Source: Seison nebaliae (lineage: Eukaryota). From it: a stretch of DNA of 64,000 nt. The DNA is taken from contig JALJEE010002126.1 in assembly GCA_023231475.1 (NCBI GenBank), positions 1 through 64,000 of the forward strand. Direction: 5' to 3'. Both the position numbers and the translations under genes were made by a program. Positions 38,498 through 50,408 of this stretch are shown here, one piece after another (within the stretch, counting starts at the first letter, position 1; every line of letters begins with the position of its first letter). The notes beneath the pieces were generated by a model that was not told where the DNA came from, searched no databases, and saw only the letters and a list, made by a program, of their open reading frames with translations.

Positions 38498-39299
38498 ATG
38501 AGTACGTCAAGGAAGAAACTTTTGTTGAAAATTGTCATTCTCGGAGATTCTGGGTTCGTTTTCTCAAATTGTTTCATTAAATTTTTCTTTTAGAGTTGGC
38601 AAAACATCGTTAATGAATCAGTATGTACACAAACGATTCACTAATCAATATAAAGCAACAATTGGTGCAGATTTCCTAACGAAAGAAGTAATGATCGATG
38701 GTCGATTAGTTACTATGCAAGTTAATTTTCATCATTTTCTTCCAATATAATCACTAAATCAACCAGATTTGGGACACAGCCGGCCAAGAACGTTTTCAAA
38801 GTTTGGGTGTGGCTTTTTATCGAGGGGCAGATTGTTGTGTACTAGTGTACGACATGACGAATCCAACTTCGTTTCGAGTTAAATTTTCCTCTTTTCAATT
38901 CCTTTCAATCTCTCCTAGTCTTTAGATACTTGGCGGGATGAATTTCTGGTGCAGGCAAATCCGAGAGAACCGGAAAAATTTCCGTTTGTCTTAATTGGAA
39001 ATAAATTGGATTTGGATAATCGATCTGTTTATTTCTCATTTTATAAATCATCTCTTATCTAATTTCTATCATAGGTTGCTCCAAGGAAAGCACATGAATG
39101 GTGCAGATCGAAGAACTCCGTTCCTTATTTCGAGACGAGTGCTAAAGAGACAACCAACGTCGATCAGGCATTTTTAGATATTGCCAAAAGTGCATTGACA
39201 AGAGACGGAGAGGACCCGAACACTCAGAATACGGAAATTGTTATACCAGGACGAGAACTCCATCCAAAACCAGAACCAAATGGATGTAAAAATTGTTAA
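38498..39299 (+). CDS. RAB7: Ras-related protein Rab7, 5 exons, 208 aa
   Basis: [71 protein letters not shown]; ends GCKNC*. Introns 38554-38593, 38721-38766, 38878-38918, 39027-39074. Confidence 0.97.
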
Positions 39300-39335
39300 A
39301 CATGAGTATTTTGGTAGTTGAGAAAGCCAATCAAT

Positions 39336-39339
<4 letters not shown>

Positions 39340-39385
<46 letters not shown>

Positions 39386-39395
39386 ACACACACAC
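39340..39395. repeat. Compound (CT)n(CA)n microsatellite in the Rab7 3' UTR
   Basis: Direct reading of the sequence. Confidence 0.9.
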
Positions 39396-39964
39396 GAACA
39401 CAATTATTATAAAAAAAGAGGAAATGTGCCAAAGATAAAATAATCAAAAAAATGGTATAAAAAAAAAAGAAGACAAACCTTTTTTTAAATACTTTCTCTA
39501 TTTTATATTAATTACAGTCACATTATGATCAATTGATATGTTTATGCAGGAGACAACACATATCCTGTTGTAAATGCGTCTAACATTTATTATATTAAAT
39601 TTATTTGCATGTACTTCATTTTTGTCTCTCTCTATTTTTTTTTAAAGCAAATACTTTTTCAGAAGGAGAATATAATTCAAATTATTTCATTCCAATTTCA
39701 ATTCTGTAATAATTCCTTCTTCTTCCTCCTTACTCTTTTCACTCATACACATCTTGCACGTTCTTTCAATTCTTTTATCTATTCTATTACATCCAACGGA
39801 ATTATTGATAAGAAAAATTAAATCTATATTACGTAAGATTTCTTATTTAAAAAGTTTGAGAAAGCAAATTTGAAATTAAGTTTGAAAAAAAGATATTGAG
39901 TTGGAATTAGTATTGAAGTATTGAATATAAAAAATCAATCTGTTAATATTTCATCTTAGAAATC

Positions 39965-40280
39965 ATCATCAGTTTCTCTAAAGAAACTACATGAATGTTG
40001 GAAATCGAAGAATTCCATTCTTTTTTTCGAGAAGAGTGCCAAAGAGAGAACAAACGTCGATCTCAAGTGTTTTTAGATATCGTAAAAATGCATTGACAAA
40101 ATAGGGAAACGAATCGAACAATCAGAACGCAGACTAATATACTTATGAATATCACTTCGAAACCAGATTCAAATGGATATTGCAATTGTTAAAGATGAAT
40201 ATTTTGGCAGTTGAGAAAACTAATTGATTATTTCTCCCCCTCGTTCATGCACATACATGAACACGATTATTATAAAAAAG
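39965..40280 (+). pseudogene. Decayed tandem duplicate of the Rab7 last exon plus proximal 3' UTR
   Basis: Colinear with 39068-39420 (e.g. ttcgagaagagtgccaaagag vs ttcgagacgagtgctaaagag; aattgttaaagatgaatattttggcagttgagaaa vs aattgttaaacatgagtattttggtagttgagaaa); acceptor TAG changed to TCA, frameshifts and premature TAG. Confidence 0.88.
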
Positions 40281-40791
40281 TTTTTATTGTTAAAAAATGA
40301 AAATAGTTTTGAAAAATGTTTTATAGTAATAAAGTTGAATTAATTTTGAAAGTAGAAGGAGATAGGTATGATTAGGTATTAGGTATTAAGAAATGAGAAA
40401 ATGTCTAGACGTGTGACAAGTGAGAGAATTGAGAAATAGATAGAAAGAAAAGTGTAAAAGAGGAAATTTAAAATTAAAAAAAGAAGCTTGAGAACAGGAA
40501 GAAATTCGAAAAATGTTGGTGATGGAAATGATTTGAAGTTCATTCGTTGTGACAAGTAGAAGGGAATTTTAATTTTTTTTTCCAAATTAAAATAAACTTT
40601 TATTCAATTCATATCTCGTTTGTTTGGGATTTATATTCTGTATATTATAAGTGGATAATTTCGTTTATTTTCTTCCAACCTCTTACGACAGTACTCTCAT
40701 TCGAATTCTCAAATAATTTCTCCTTTCTCTTTTTAAGTGAATAGAAACTTGTCTTTTGATTCACTTATTGTGTGTCTATTGGAATTGTAGG

Positions 40792-42945
40792 ATGCCGTCG
40801 GCAAAAATCAAGAATGAGAAGACGAATGTGGAGGAAGAGACTTGTCAATATTCGAAGGACTTGCTCACTCTCTGTGACATTGGGGAGAATATTCGAATCA
40901 TCGAAAAGAGTTTGATGTCCAAAGACGTCCGTCAAGTCAAGAAAGCATTACAGAATTGGCATTTGATACGAAGTCGATTGAATTTCAACGTTCTCTCCAC
41001 TTTATTGAAGAAAATTTTCAATTCTTACAACGTCGATGAATTAGCGATATTGGAGAAGTTTCTCGATAATATTCGTGAGAAATTAACTGATGTTCAAATG
41101 GAGAATGATATTACGATGATTGATGAAGAAATGAAAGAGGAAGTGAAAAATGAGGAGAAAGAAGAGAAGAAAGAAGAGAATGAGAAGAAGAAAGAAGAGA
41201 ATGAGAAAAATGATGTGAAAAAAATAAAGTATGCAAAAGATTGGAATCCAATGATCTATTTGTCGAGTGGACGTCCATCGTCGAATAAGAACACGAATAT
41301 TTCCACTCCCCTTCCTTTTAATAGTTCATTACCACCGATTAATATGTCTGCACTTGGAACTGTTGGTGGTGGAGGAGCGGCAACATTATCATTGGAAAAT
41401 ACAGTCGCTTTATCAAAAGAGACTCGAATGTACATTTATTTGTTAGTTCAAATTTTCTCGTTTGATCACGAGAATGAAGATCAGGTTGGAGAAATGATTT
41501 CCTCGAAATATTTCAAACATCATTTCTTCCAAATATTTTAGGCGATGCAAATCTGTGAGAAATTGTTGGAGGAAGTTTGTTATGAGAATCGTCGATCGAT
41601 GGATTCATTAGCAGCGAAATTATATTATTATTTCTCGTTAATGAAAGAGCGATCGACTCTTGATGAATATCGGAAACTTCGAGTGTTCTCTTTTTCTAAT
41701 TTTTCATTAAATTATTTAAATTTATTTTTAATTTATTTATAGTTTTCTCTTATCTCGATATAAGATCGCTGCTCTTCATAACGACGCCGAGAGTTGTGTC
41801 GTATTGATCAATTTGATTTTGAGGAATTATCTTCGTTTCCATCAATTCGGACAAGCGAATAAATTTCGAACGAAAATTGAATTTAATGAACGTGTCGATA
41901 ATAACGAGACGGCAAGATATTATTATTATATTGGTTCATTTCACATTTCCAACACATTTTCTCTATTTGATGTTTAGGTCGAATTAATGCCATCAATTTG
42001 GAGTATACGGAAGCACATATGAATCTCATGGTAGCGTTAAGAAAAGCTCCACAATATAAAGCAATCGGATTCAAACAGAATGTTCTTTTTTCTCTTTAAT
42101 TTTCATCAATTCTCATTTTATGTGATAGGCGCAAAAATTGTGCACAGTCATCGAATTGTTGTTGGGAGATATTCCGGATCGAAGTGTCTTTCGAATTAAA
42201 GAATTTCGTCGATGTCTCTATCCATATTTTTTGTTAGTGCAAAGTTTGCGAATTGGTGATTTGCGAAGTTTCTCCAAAGTTATTCATGATCGACGAAAGA
42301 ATTTCATTCAAGATGATACCATGAATTTAGTTATCAGGTCAATTCATATTTCCATTTTTTTCTTCTTCATATTCTCTTTCTCTTTCTCTTTTACATAGAT
42401 TGAGACATAATGTGATTAAGGCTGGAGTGAATCGTATTTGTAATTCATATTCTCGAATAAAATTATCAGATATGGCGAGAAAATTACAATTAGATTCGAT
42501 CGAAGACACTGAATATGTGACATCGAAAGCCATTCGAGATGGTGTGATAGCCAATGCTTGTATCGATCATGAAGATGCACAATTCGTCTCGTTAACCAAC
42601 ACGAATATCTATCAGAGTACATTGGAACCGATGGATTCATTCGCTCGACGTATCGATTATTGTATGAAACTTCATCAATTATCTGTTCAAGCGATGAAAT
42701 ATTCGAATGCAGCAAAGAAATTGAGACGTGCTCGAGAAGAAGAAGAAAGACGAAGAAAAGAAGAAGAACGAGACGCAAGAGAACGACGTCGTAAGAAGAA
42801 TACAAGTTCGAAAGATGATAAAAAAAAAGATTCCGGTTTGGATGATATCGAATCAACCATCGAACGAGTTCTCAACGGCGACGATGATGATGACGACGAT
42901 TTCGATTCAGATGACGACGACGATGACGATGATCTCCCATTCTAA
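40792..42945 (+). CDS. PSMD3: 26S proteasome lid subunit Rpn3, 6 exons, 628 aa
   Basis: [86 protein letters not shown]. Introns 41485-41541, 41685-41742, 41934-41977, 42082-42128, 42338-42398. Confidence 0.95.
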
Positions 42946-43598
42946 TATTGAACATGAAATCTTTCCGATAATAACAACAATAACAACAATAACAAAACTA
43001 AAAATAAAAAAATATGATTGATAATTGAAATTTGAGAGAAGAAATGAAAAAAAAAACGTTTTCAGTTTGATTTTGTGGAAAAACTTTGAAATTATTCTTT
43101 TCAGAATCTATCCTTTCTTATTATCATTATGATGGTGCACATTGTTCGAATGATTAGCATCATATTATACAACATTTAATTATACTTCTTTTTCTATTAA
43201 AAGATTTTATCTGTTTTTCTTTTTTTTTTTCGATTTTCATTTTTTTTTCGTGTTAAAAAATTTGTTAACATTTCTGTACAAATTTCTTCCTTTTCTTTCG
43301 ACATTTCTCATAATTATTTCTCTTTTTAAACTCACATATAAGAGTAACAATTATAGAGTAATTTCTCTTCTCCTTTTTTATTTTATAGCAAAAAAAAAAA
43401 AATAAGTTTCATATCCGAACGAAACGACTAATTGTTTTGGAAATTTTGTTAATTTTTTTTTAAAAAAATTTTGATAAATTTTTTCAGAGAAATTTTAAAA
43501 TTATTTTTACGAGAAATTCCATTTTCTCAATTTGATTATAAGAAATTCTTGTTTTTTAGGACAACCATCCCACCTACCACTATACTAGTTAGACGGGA

Positions 43599-45815
43599 AT
43601 GAGTGATGTGAAGGAGAACCGATATGTGAGATTGTTGAAGGATTTCGGACGGAATTTCTCTTCTCATATTTTCATTTGGTCCGTCGGTTTTTTCGAATAT
43701 TCTTCCGTTTGGATTATAGTCTATTCGGCAATGGTGATTTGGAGACGTGAATATCAAAAAAAAAGAGCAAGACGACGTCAATTAGCTATAAATATTGGAG
43801 AGGATGAAAATGAGACGATTTTGGCGAGAATCGACGAATTACCAGCATGGGTCTTCTTTCCGGATGTAGAACGTGCAGAATGGTTAAATGAAATGATCAA
43901 ACAAATGTGGCCGTTTATTGTAGTATATGGGAAGAAAGTGATTTTGGAAACGGTTCAACCAATCCTCCAATCGAACACAGCGAAGTCTATTCATTTCACT
44001 CATATTGATTTGGGTGATATGCCACCAAGAATTGGAGGAATAAAAATATATCGTGAGAATACTCGACGAAATGAAATCATCTTAGATATGGAAGTAATGT
44101 TTGCATCAGATTCACGATTCCAATTAACTTTAGGACATATGAATGTGGGTGTGAATAATTTGCATGTTAGTGGGCAGATTCGGTGCATTCTATCTCCACT
44201 CATCTCTCGAATCCCAATGTTTGGTGCTATAAAATTATTTTTTCTTGAAAATCCAATCATCGATTATGACTTGACGAAATGTGCCTCAATATTCGATGTA
44301 CCAGGAATTGGAGATATGATAAGAAATATGGTAGTGAATACCATTTCTTCTTTATTCGTTCTCCCTAATCGTTTCATTTATCCAATAATCGAAGATGTTG
44401 ATATAAATGAATTGAAATTCTCATTAATTGATGGAATTATTCGTATCGATATAATCGAAGGAAGTGATTTACCAGAAACAGATATTTTATTAAGTCGACA
44501 TACTGACGCATTTTGTGTGATGAATATCGGTCAACAAGAATTTCAAACGAAAGTTATTAAAAGTAGTTTAAATCCGAAATGGAATGAGACATTCTTCGCT
44601 ATCGTCGATGATATGAATGGTCAAGTGATCAATATTGATATATTAGATAAAGATTTCGATAAAAATGAAGATATTGGAAATTGTCAAATTGATGTTCGAC
44701 GTTTAGCATCTGAAAAGATTATTGATTCATGGTATACGTTAGAATTCGCTAGATCTGGTCGATTACACATTCGAACGATTTGGTGTGATCTCCTCACCAT
44801 CATTCCTCATCCCACCATCAATTATCCATATTCATCAATTCTGATGGTTTTCGTTGATTCATGTGAATCGTTACCGATGACGAAGAAGAATGGTCATCGA
44901 TATGAACCATGTATTTTCTGTTCAATGACGATGGGTGGGAAGAATGAAACGACGAATGTTGTGATGAATACGACAAATCCGAAATTTGAAAAGAATTTCC
45001 AATTTTTGGTAGAGAATGCGGAAGCGGAACAATTACATATTGATATTATAGAGACGAAAGGAGATAAGAAACAATTTGGTTTTATTGATATTGCATTGAT
45101 GGATATAATCCGTTGTGATGAAATGAAATTAGAACGATCATTTCCAATAAATACAAATCGTGGATCGATGAAAGATGGAAAGATTCATCTCAAAATGATA
45201 TTGAGAGGAATTCAACAAACGAATATTGTTCGATTAAATAGTTTCAATAATGACACCATTTCTTCCAATCAATCTCTCATTGATGATAAATTGATAATTG
45301 ATGAATTAGATGAAAATATGAAAAGATCATTATCATTAGAAGAGAAATCGACAATTGTTGAGAAGAAATCATCGATGGATGAAGAACGTTCGAAAATTGA
45401 TGAAATTATCAATAATCCAAATGGAGTAGTTAATTTCTCTATGTATTATGCTGCGGCTAGTAACAGATTTATTGTTCGTATTCATGAATGTCGAAATTTA
45501 CCATTTGCTCATGACGATGACGAAGAATTGCCTGATGCATTTATCAAAATATATTTACAACCTGGAAAGGAATATAGTGATAGGAAATGTACGAAAATTC
45601 ATCAGGATAATATCTCACCCAAATTCAACGAAATGTTCGAATGGAATCTCTCTCTCGAACAATTGTCCAACAAGAGAGTTGTGATGAGTGTCAGAAATGA
45701 GAAATCCATTTTCTCCACACAGAAAAAGGTGTTGGGAGTAATGGAAGAGTCTCTCTTCAAATTCCGAACTCAATTGACATACGATAATTTATGGAGACGA
45801 TTAGAGAATGAATAA
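43599..45815 (+). CDS. ESYT: Extended synaptotagmin (membrane hairpin, SMP domain, 3 C2 domains), intronless CDS, 738 aa
   Basis: ELPAWVFFPDVERAEWLNEMIKQMWP, DLGDMPPRIGGIK, VLPNRF, LNPKWNE, and a terminal C2 domain (LPDAFIKIYLQP...SPKFNEMFEW). Confidence 0.93.
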   Translation: MSDVKENRYVRLLKDFGRNFSSHIFIWSVGFFEYSSVWIIVYSAMVIWRREYQKKRARRRQLAINIGEDENETILARIDELPAWVFFPDVERAEWLNEMIKQMWPFIVVYGKKVILETVQPILQSNTAKSIHFTHIDLGDMPPRIGGIKIYRENTRRNEIILDMEVMFASDSRFQLTLGHMNVGVNNLHVSGQIRCILSPLISRIPMFGAIKLFFLENPIIDYDLTKCASIFDVPGIGDMIRNMVVNTISSLFVLPNRFIYPIIEDVDINELKFSLIDGIIRIDIIEGSDLPETDILLSRHTDAFCVMNIGQQEFQTKVIKSSLNPKWNETFFAIVDDMNGQVINIDILDKDFDKNEDIGNCQIDVRRLASEKIIDSWYTLEFARSGRLHIRTIWCDLLTIIPHPTINYPYSSILMVFVDSCESLPMTKKNGHRYEPCIFCSMTMGGKNETTNVVMNTTNPKFEKNFQFLVENAEAEQLHIDIIETKGDKKQFGFIDIALMDIIRCDEMKLERSFPINTNRGSMKDGKIHLKMILRGIQQTNIVRLNSFNNDTISSNQSLIDDKLIIDELDENMKRSLSLEEKSTIVEKKSSMDEERSKIDEIINNPNGVVNFSMYYAAASNRFIVRIHECRNLPFAHDDDEELPDAFIKIYLQPGKEYSDRKCTKIHQDNISPKFNEMFEWNLSLEQLSNKRVVMSVRNEKSIFSTQKKVLGVMEESLFKFRTQLTYDNLWRRLENE

Positions 45816-46243
45816 GTAGATTCATTTTTATCTCCTCTCGTCGCTCCTTCTTATTGTTGAAAGAAAGAAAAATGAAGAATAAAAAAATTGAATAAAAATT
45901 TTATGAAAAACAAAAAAAAAAAAGAATGATTTTCTTAAAGTTTATTGAACATGAACATTTTATGTGATGAAAATGGGGAGGAGACTTTCTCGGGAAAATT
46001 TCGTTAAACTTCTCCAATTTTCACAAATTGGTTGAACGGTTAAGATGATTAAATGTATTTCCATCATCATTATCCTTTCGCTCACGAATTATTTCTCTTC
46101 ATCAGACGTGAATAATATGGAAAATGATCGATCCATTCATCCATCTCTCTAATTCCACTTCATTCATCAACAAAGAAGAAATATTTTGAAGAAGTTTCTT
46201 ATTCGAATGAATTAAAAGAAAAGACTTTGAATTATCTGATAAG

Positions 46244-47602
46244 ATGATAATGAATCTCATTTCCATCTTCATCCTTCATCACATTACAAGCATGACATCA
46301 GCTTTCCGCCGTTTTAATGCCAACAATTATTTATTTAATCGAATCCCATCCACATCATCCATCAACTCGATAGGTTCGATCTTCTCTCAAAATAAAATTA
46401 AAGAAATTTTTTATCTTCGGCAGATTGTGGAGAGTCGGCCATTCTTAACGAGAGGAAAGGACGCGTCCTATTTGGAATCGATTCGATTCCTCATTCCTTT
46501 CCTTGGATTGTACAAATTCGCAGTCTCATCCGAACTCCCCAACAATCGTTTATGATCACCGTTTGTGGTGGTACATTAATCGATAATCAACATATTCTTA
46601 CAGCAGCACATTGTGTGGAGAAGTCCTTCAATTTCTTAATAAAACTTTAATTATGCAATTCATTTATAGATTAACATAAAACTATTAATATGATCGTACT
46701 TAATTAGAATTGACTAATTAGATATTTTACTAATTCTCAATATATTATTTTATTTTAAATTTTCACTTTTCTAATCCTAATTCTTTCCGTACCATTTGAC
46801 GACTAAACGTGTCGATGTGAATTAGGAAAGGAAGATAACTAAATATTTCATATCAATTCATCTCTAGACATCCAATTTATGAGGTGGAACCGATTGATAT
46901 CCTTTTAGGTTCCCATTATTCCAATAATATTCACTATCGACAACAATCTAAAAATATCGTTTATCGGCGTATTCTAGCAATTTATAAAGTTTGCTCATAT
47001 AAACTTTCTCCATTTTCAAATTTTTTCATCTCCTTTTCAGTTTCCTCTGTGGCATATTGAAAATAACATCGAACATGATATCGCAATTATTCGAATAGGA
47101 AGAATAAGAAATTTTAATGATATCGTCCGACCAATTTGTATTCCGAATACAATCCGATTCCGATTAAATGAGTCAGTAGTAGCAGCTGGATGGGGTTTTA
47201 CTCGTTCTCCATCCATCATGCTCAAAACTTATAAACGATATGGTATGAATAGTTTGATGAAACCAATCGCTTTACAACGCATATCTCTACCAATCCGCAA
47301 ATGGAGCATGTGCAAACAATTACCACTTCATTCTACTCATATATGTGCAGGTACAATCAATTCATCTGTATGTTCCGTTTAGTTCAATTTTCTTTCTTCA
47401 ATTTCATCAATTTTATTATCAAACCATCAATTAGGGTGACAGTGGTGGACCACTAATGAAATATGATGTATCCATCAAAAAATGGATTCTCATCGGTGTC
47501 GTTTCCAATGGAGATCCCACTTGTTCCAAACCAAGTTTATTCATTAATGTCTCCATGTATTATTGGTGGATCGGATTGATTAATGAATACGACACTTCAT
47601 GA
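46244..47602 (+). CDS. Secreted S1A serine protease (chymotrypsin/elastase-like pocket), 5 exons, 317 aa; mostly missed by the ORF track
   Basis: Activation site R|VLFG, FPWIV, CGGTLI, LTAAHC, HDIAII, PICIP, AGWG, VCSGDSGGPL. Introns 46374-46423, 46623-46867, 46989-47040, 47377-47434. Confidence 0.92.
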
Positions 47603-49278
47603 CTAATAATCATGATGACGAATGATAACTAATCATCAAGACTTGGAGACTCATCAAATTCTTTCATGACATTAATTATAAACAAATGTAGATTTGTTCT
47701 TAAATTTTATTTTATTTCAATTCATCTTTAATAATATAATTTTATAATAAAATATAAATTTAATTTATAAGAAATTTATAAGTGTAGATGTTCAAAAACG
47801 TGAAACGTTCGAATGTTTAACAAAATTTCCTAAATAAATTCTGTCTTACAATACAATTGTTAATGAATATTCAAATTTAAAAAAAATTGATCCTTATAAT
47901 AATAATATATAATTATATAATATAAAAAAAGAAAATAATAATAATTGTTATTCATAAATCATAATAAGAGTCATCGTTAATCTATCAAACACAAATGAAT
48001 TAATTATATTATAATAATATTGTATGTTAATGAAGAAGAAACATTCTCCAATACACAAATTTAGGCAGTTGTTCTCCTTCTCGAGAAAACTTCTTCCTCT
48101 TATCGACTTCACTAACAATTTGACATAATTAATCCATATAACACATACAATTATATTTAACCCATCGGCGACTATATGAAGGTAGTCATTAAACCGATGA
48201 CGTAATATAATATGATAAATGTTTAATCATTCTCCGAAGGAGATGAGAGAGGAGAGGAGGGGAGAGGAGACACGTCATTAATAAACAGTTAAATAATATT
48301 TGAATAAATTAAAGGAAATTATCATTGAACATTCCATGACATAATTAAATGTATGAGAAATTCATATGTCTCATATACGTATAATGGGGAATGAGAATGT
48401 CCTGACTATTGACGAAAACAATTTGAGATGAAGCTGGAAATTTGAAGGAAAATTTTCCGGTCTATGGAGAAAGTGAGTGGTGGAAGACGTGGGAAAAAAG
48501 AGACAAAATATATCATCATCCATAAATGTCAATTGATTATTGTTAGAAATACATATATGTTTGGTTTCTTCTCCGAATATTGTTTATTTGATAAGTAGAA
48601 ATGAATGAGTCCTTTTTATTTTTCTATTTTTCTTTCACCGTTTGGACGTTGCGATGGAAGAATTTTCGCTCACTTTCAATTAACATCTTGTGCTGTGTCT
48701 CCTCTCCTTTCTATCGATTCTCTTCGAATATCGATTATTAATGTCATGTTTCCTCGTCCTCTTATGTCTCTTGTCCAATTCCCTAGTTCACTTAATAGAA
48801 AATCTTTATTTTTAAAGTTACCCAACTCAAATTACATTGTCGAATAATCAATAATTCTTTTCTTTCCCTTCATTTTTCTTTAACATGTTCCAATCGCTCT
48901 CCGGAGAAACATATCGAGAGTTAATTTTTAATAATTGCCCAATTTTAGAGCGGAAAAGTGGAAAGCTTTCATTAACATGTTTCATTTTTATCCTCTACAT
49001 CTCTTTCTCTACACCCAAAATTGTTTTTTGGGAGGAAAATTTCAAAATTTTACTTTTCTTTTCATTTTCGTTTCATTCAATCCATTCACATTGTAGTGTG
49101 ACTGTTCCACATAAATAACACGAGAGAAGTGTACGAAAGAGCTAATTTATTTTTTTTTCTTTCAAACTCAAACAGAAAATTTGTTGAATTCTTACCAAAT
49201 TCAATTTTATTTTTCGATTTTCATTTGTTTCTATTTGTGAAGCGAGTCCTATTCTTACCTTTATCTGGGATTCGTACA

Positions 49279-50408
49279 ATGAAGTCGTTGTGTTTCCTAC
49301 TCGCTCTAATTCTATTCTCCTCCATCGTCTATGGCGAGGACGTGAAGGATGGTTGTATGGATCGTTGTCCCGAAGAGAACGAGGGATGTCGAATGGGTTG
49401 CATTAACTTGCGAACGGAAAACTTGAACAAAGAGTCCAATTCCCTTCTGAAGATCAGTAACTGTGTTGAAATCTGTCGAAAGAATTTCGAAGGAAAGAAT
49501 ATGGAAGAATGTAGTAAATCATGTCACTTCGTCGAACCATCGACTGATGATGTTTCGGAGAAAGAGAAAATTGTTCCCGAGAAAAAAATCGTTAATAATT
49601 TTTTCATTAATTAATTTTAATTAATCTTTAAATTTAATTTGAAATGAAGATTCAAACGGAGAAATTAACAATTTCCTCATTCCCTTTCAAACTCATCAAT
49701 TCTTTATTGTCTGGAAATATCGAAGATACGATCGAGAGTCAATTAAACGAAGGAATGAAGAATATGGATATGATGATGAAAGAGAGTCCTCATCACATGA
49801 TGATGGGTCCACATCATATGATGTTCGCTAATATGCATCATATACCACGACATATGATGATTATGGTTAATGGTCGTCGAATTCCTCCTATGTCTGAAGA
49901 GAAACCGAAAATTATTGATTTGACTGCTCATCGTCAACCATTGGTACCGTTCCATCATTCATTCAAAACGAGAGAAATGGAACCTCGTCATTATCATGAA
50001 CGTTTCGCCAGTTCTATCCATAATGCTTTCTATCATTTCTGGAATTGTATGACTCAACGAATTTCGATTCCACGTTGGATCGCTCTCTCTACTCTCGGAC
50101 TTGTCATGTGTGTCTTCATTTGGGCTTTCTGTGGATTATGGGTCGTCTCACGTCATATTCGACGTCGAATTGCATTCCATCGTGAAATGGAGAATCGAGT
50201 CGCTCTCCAACGTTCAGTACAAACGATGAATAAGACCATCGATTTAGATATGCCAAAATTTGACAAATTACCCGAATATCAAGATGCAGTGAAAAATGGA
50301 GAAGATGAAGAAATAATTTCCAATGAGACATCTGATGTTTCCATGGAAACTGAACCGACAAACATCAATGACAATGACGAAACTAACGAACTTATCAACA
50401 AAGTTTAA
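49279..50408 (+). CDS. TMEM59: TMEM59/BSMAP-family type I membrane protein, 2 exons (intron 49591-49649), 356 aa
   Basis: Signal peptide; four CxxxC motifs (CMDRC, CRMGC, CVEIC, CSKSC); the juxtamembrane/TM segment FWNCMTQRISIPRWIALSTLGLVMCVFIWAFC resembles TMEM59L. Confidence 0.7.

Noticed and set aside
38389..38498. PPC-Rab7 fusion protein via the GTGAGT donor
   Set aside because: Splicing 38389 to 38480 puts Rab7 out of frame
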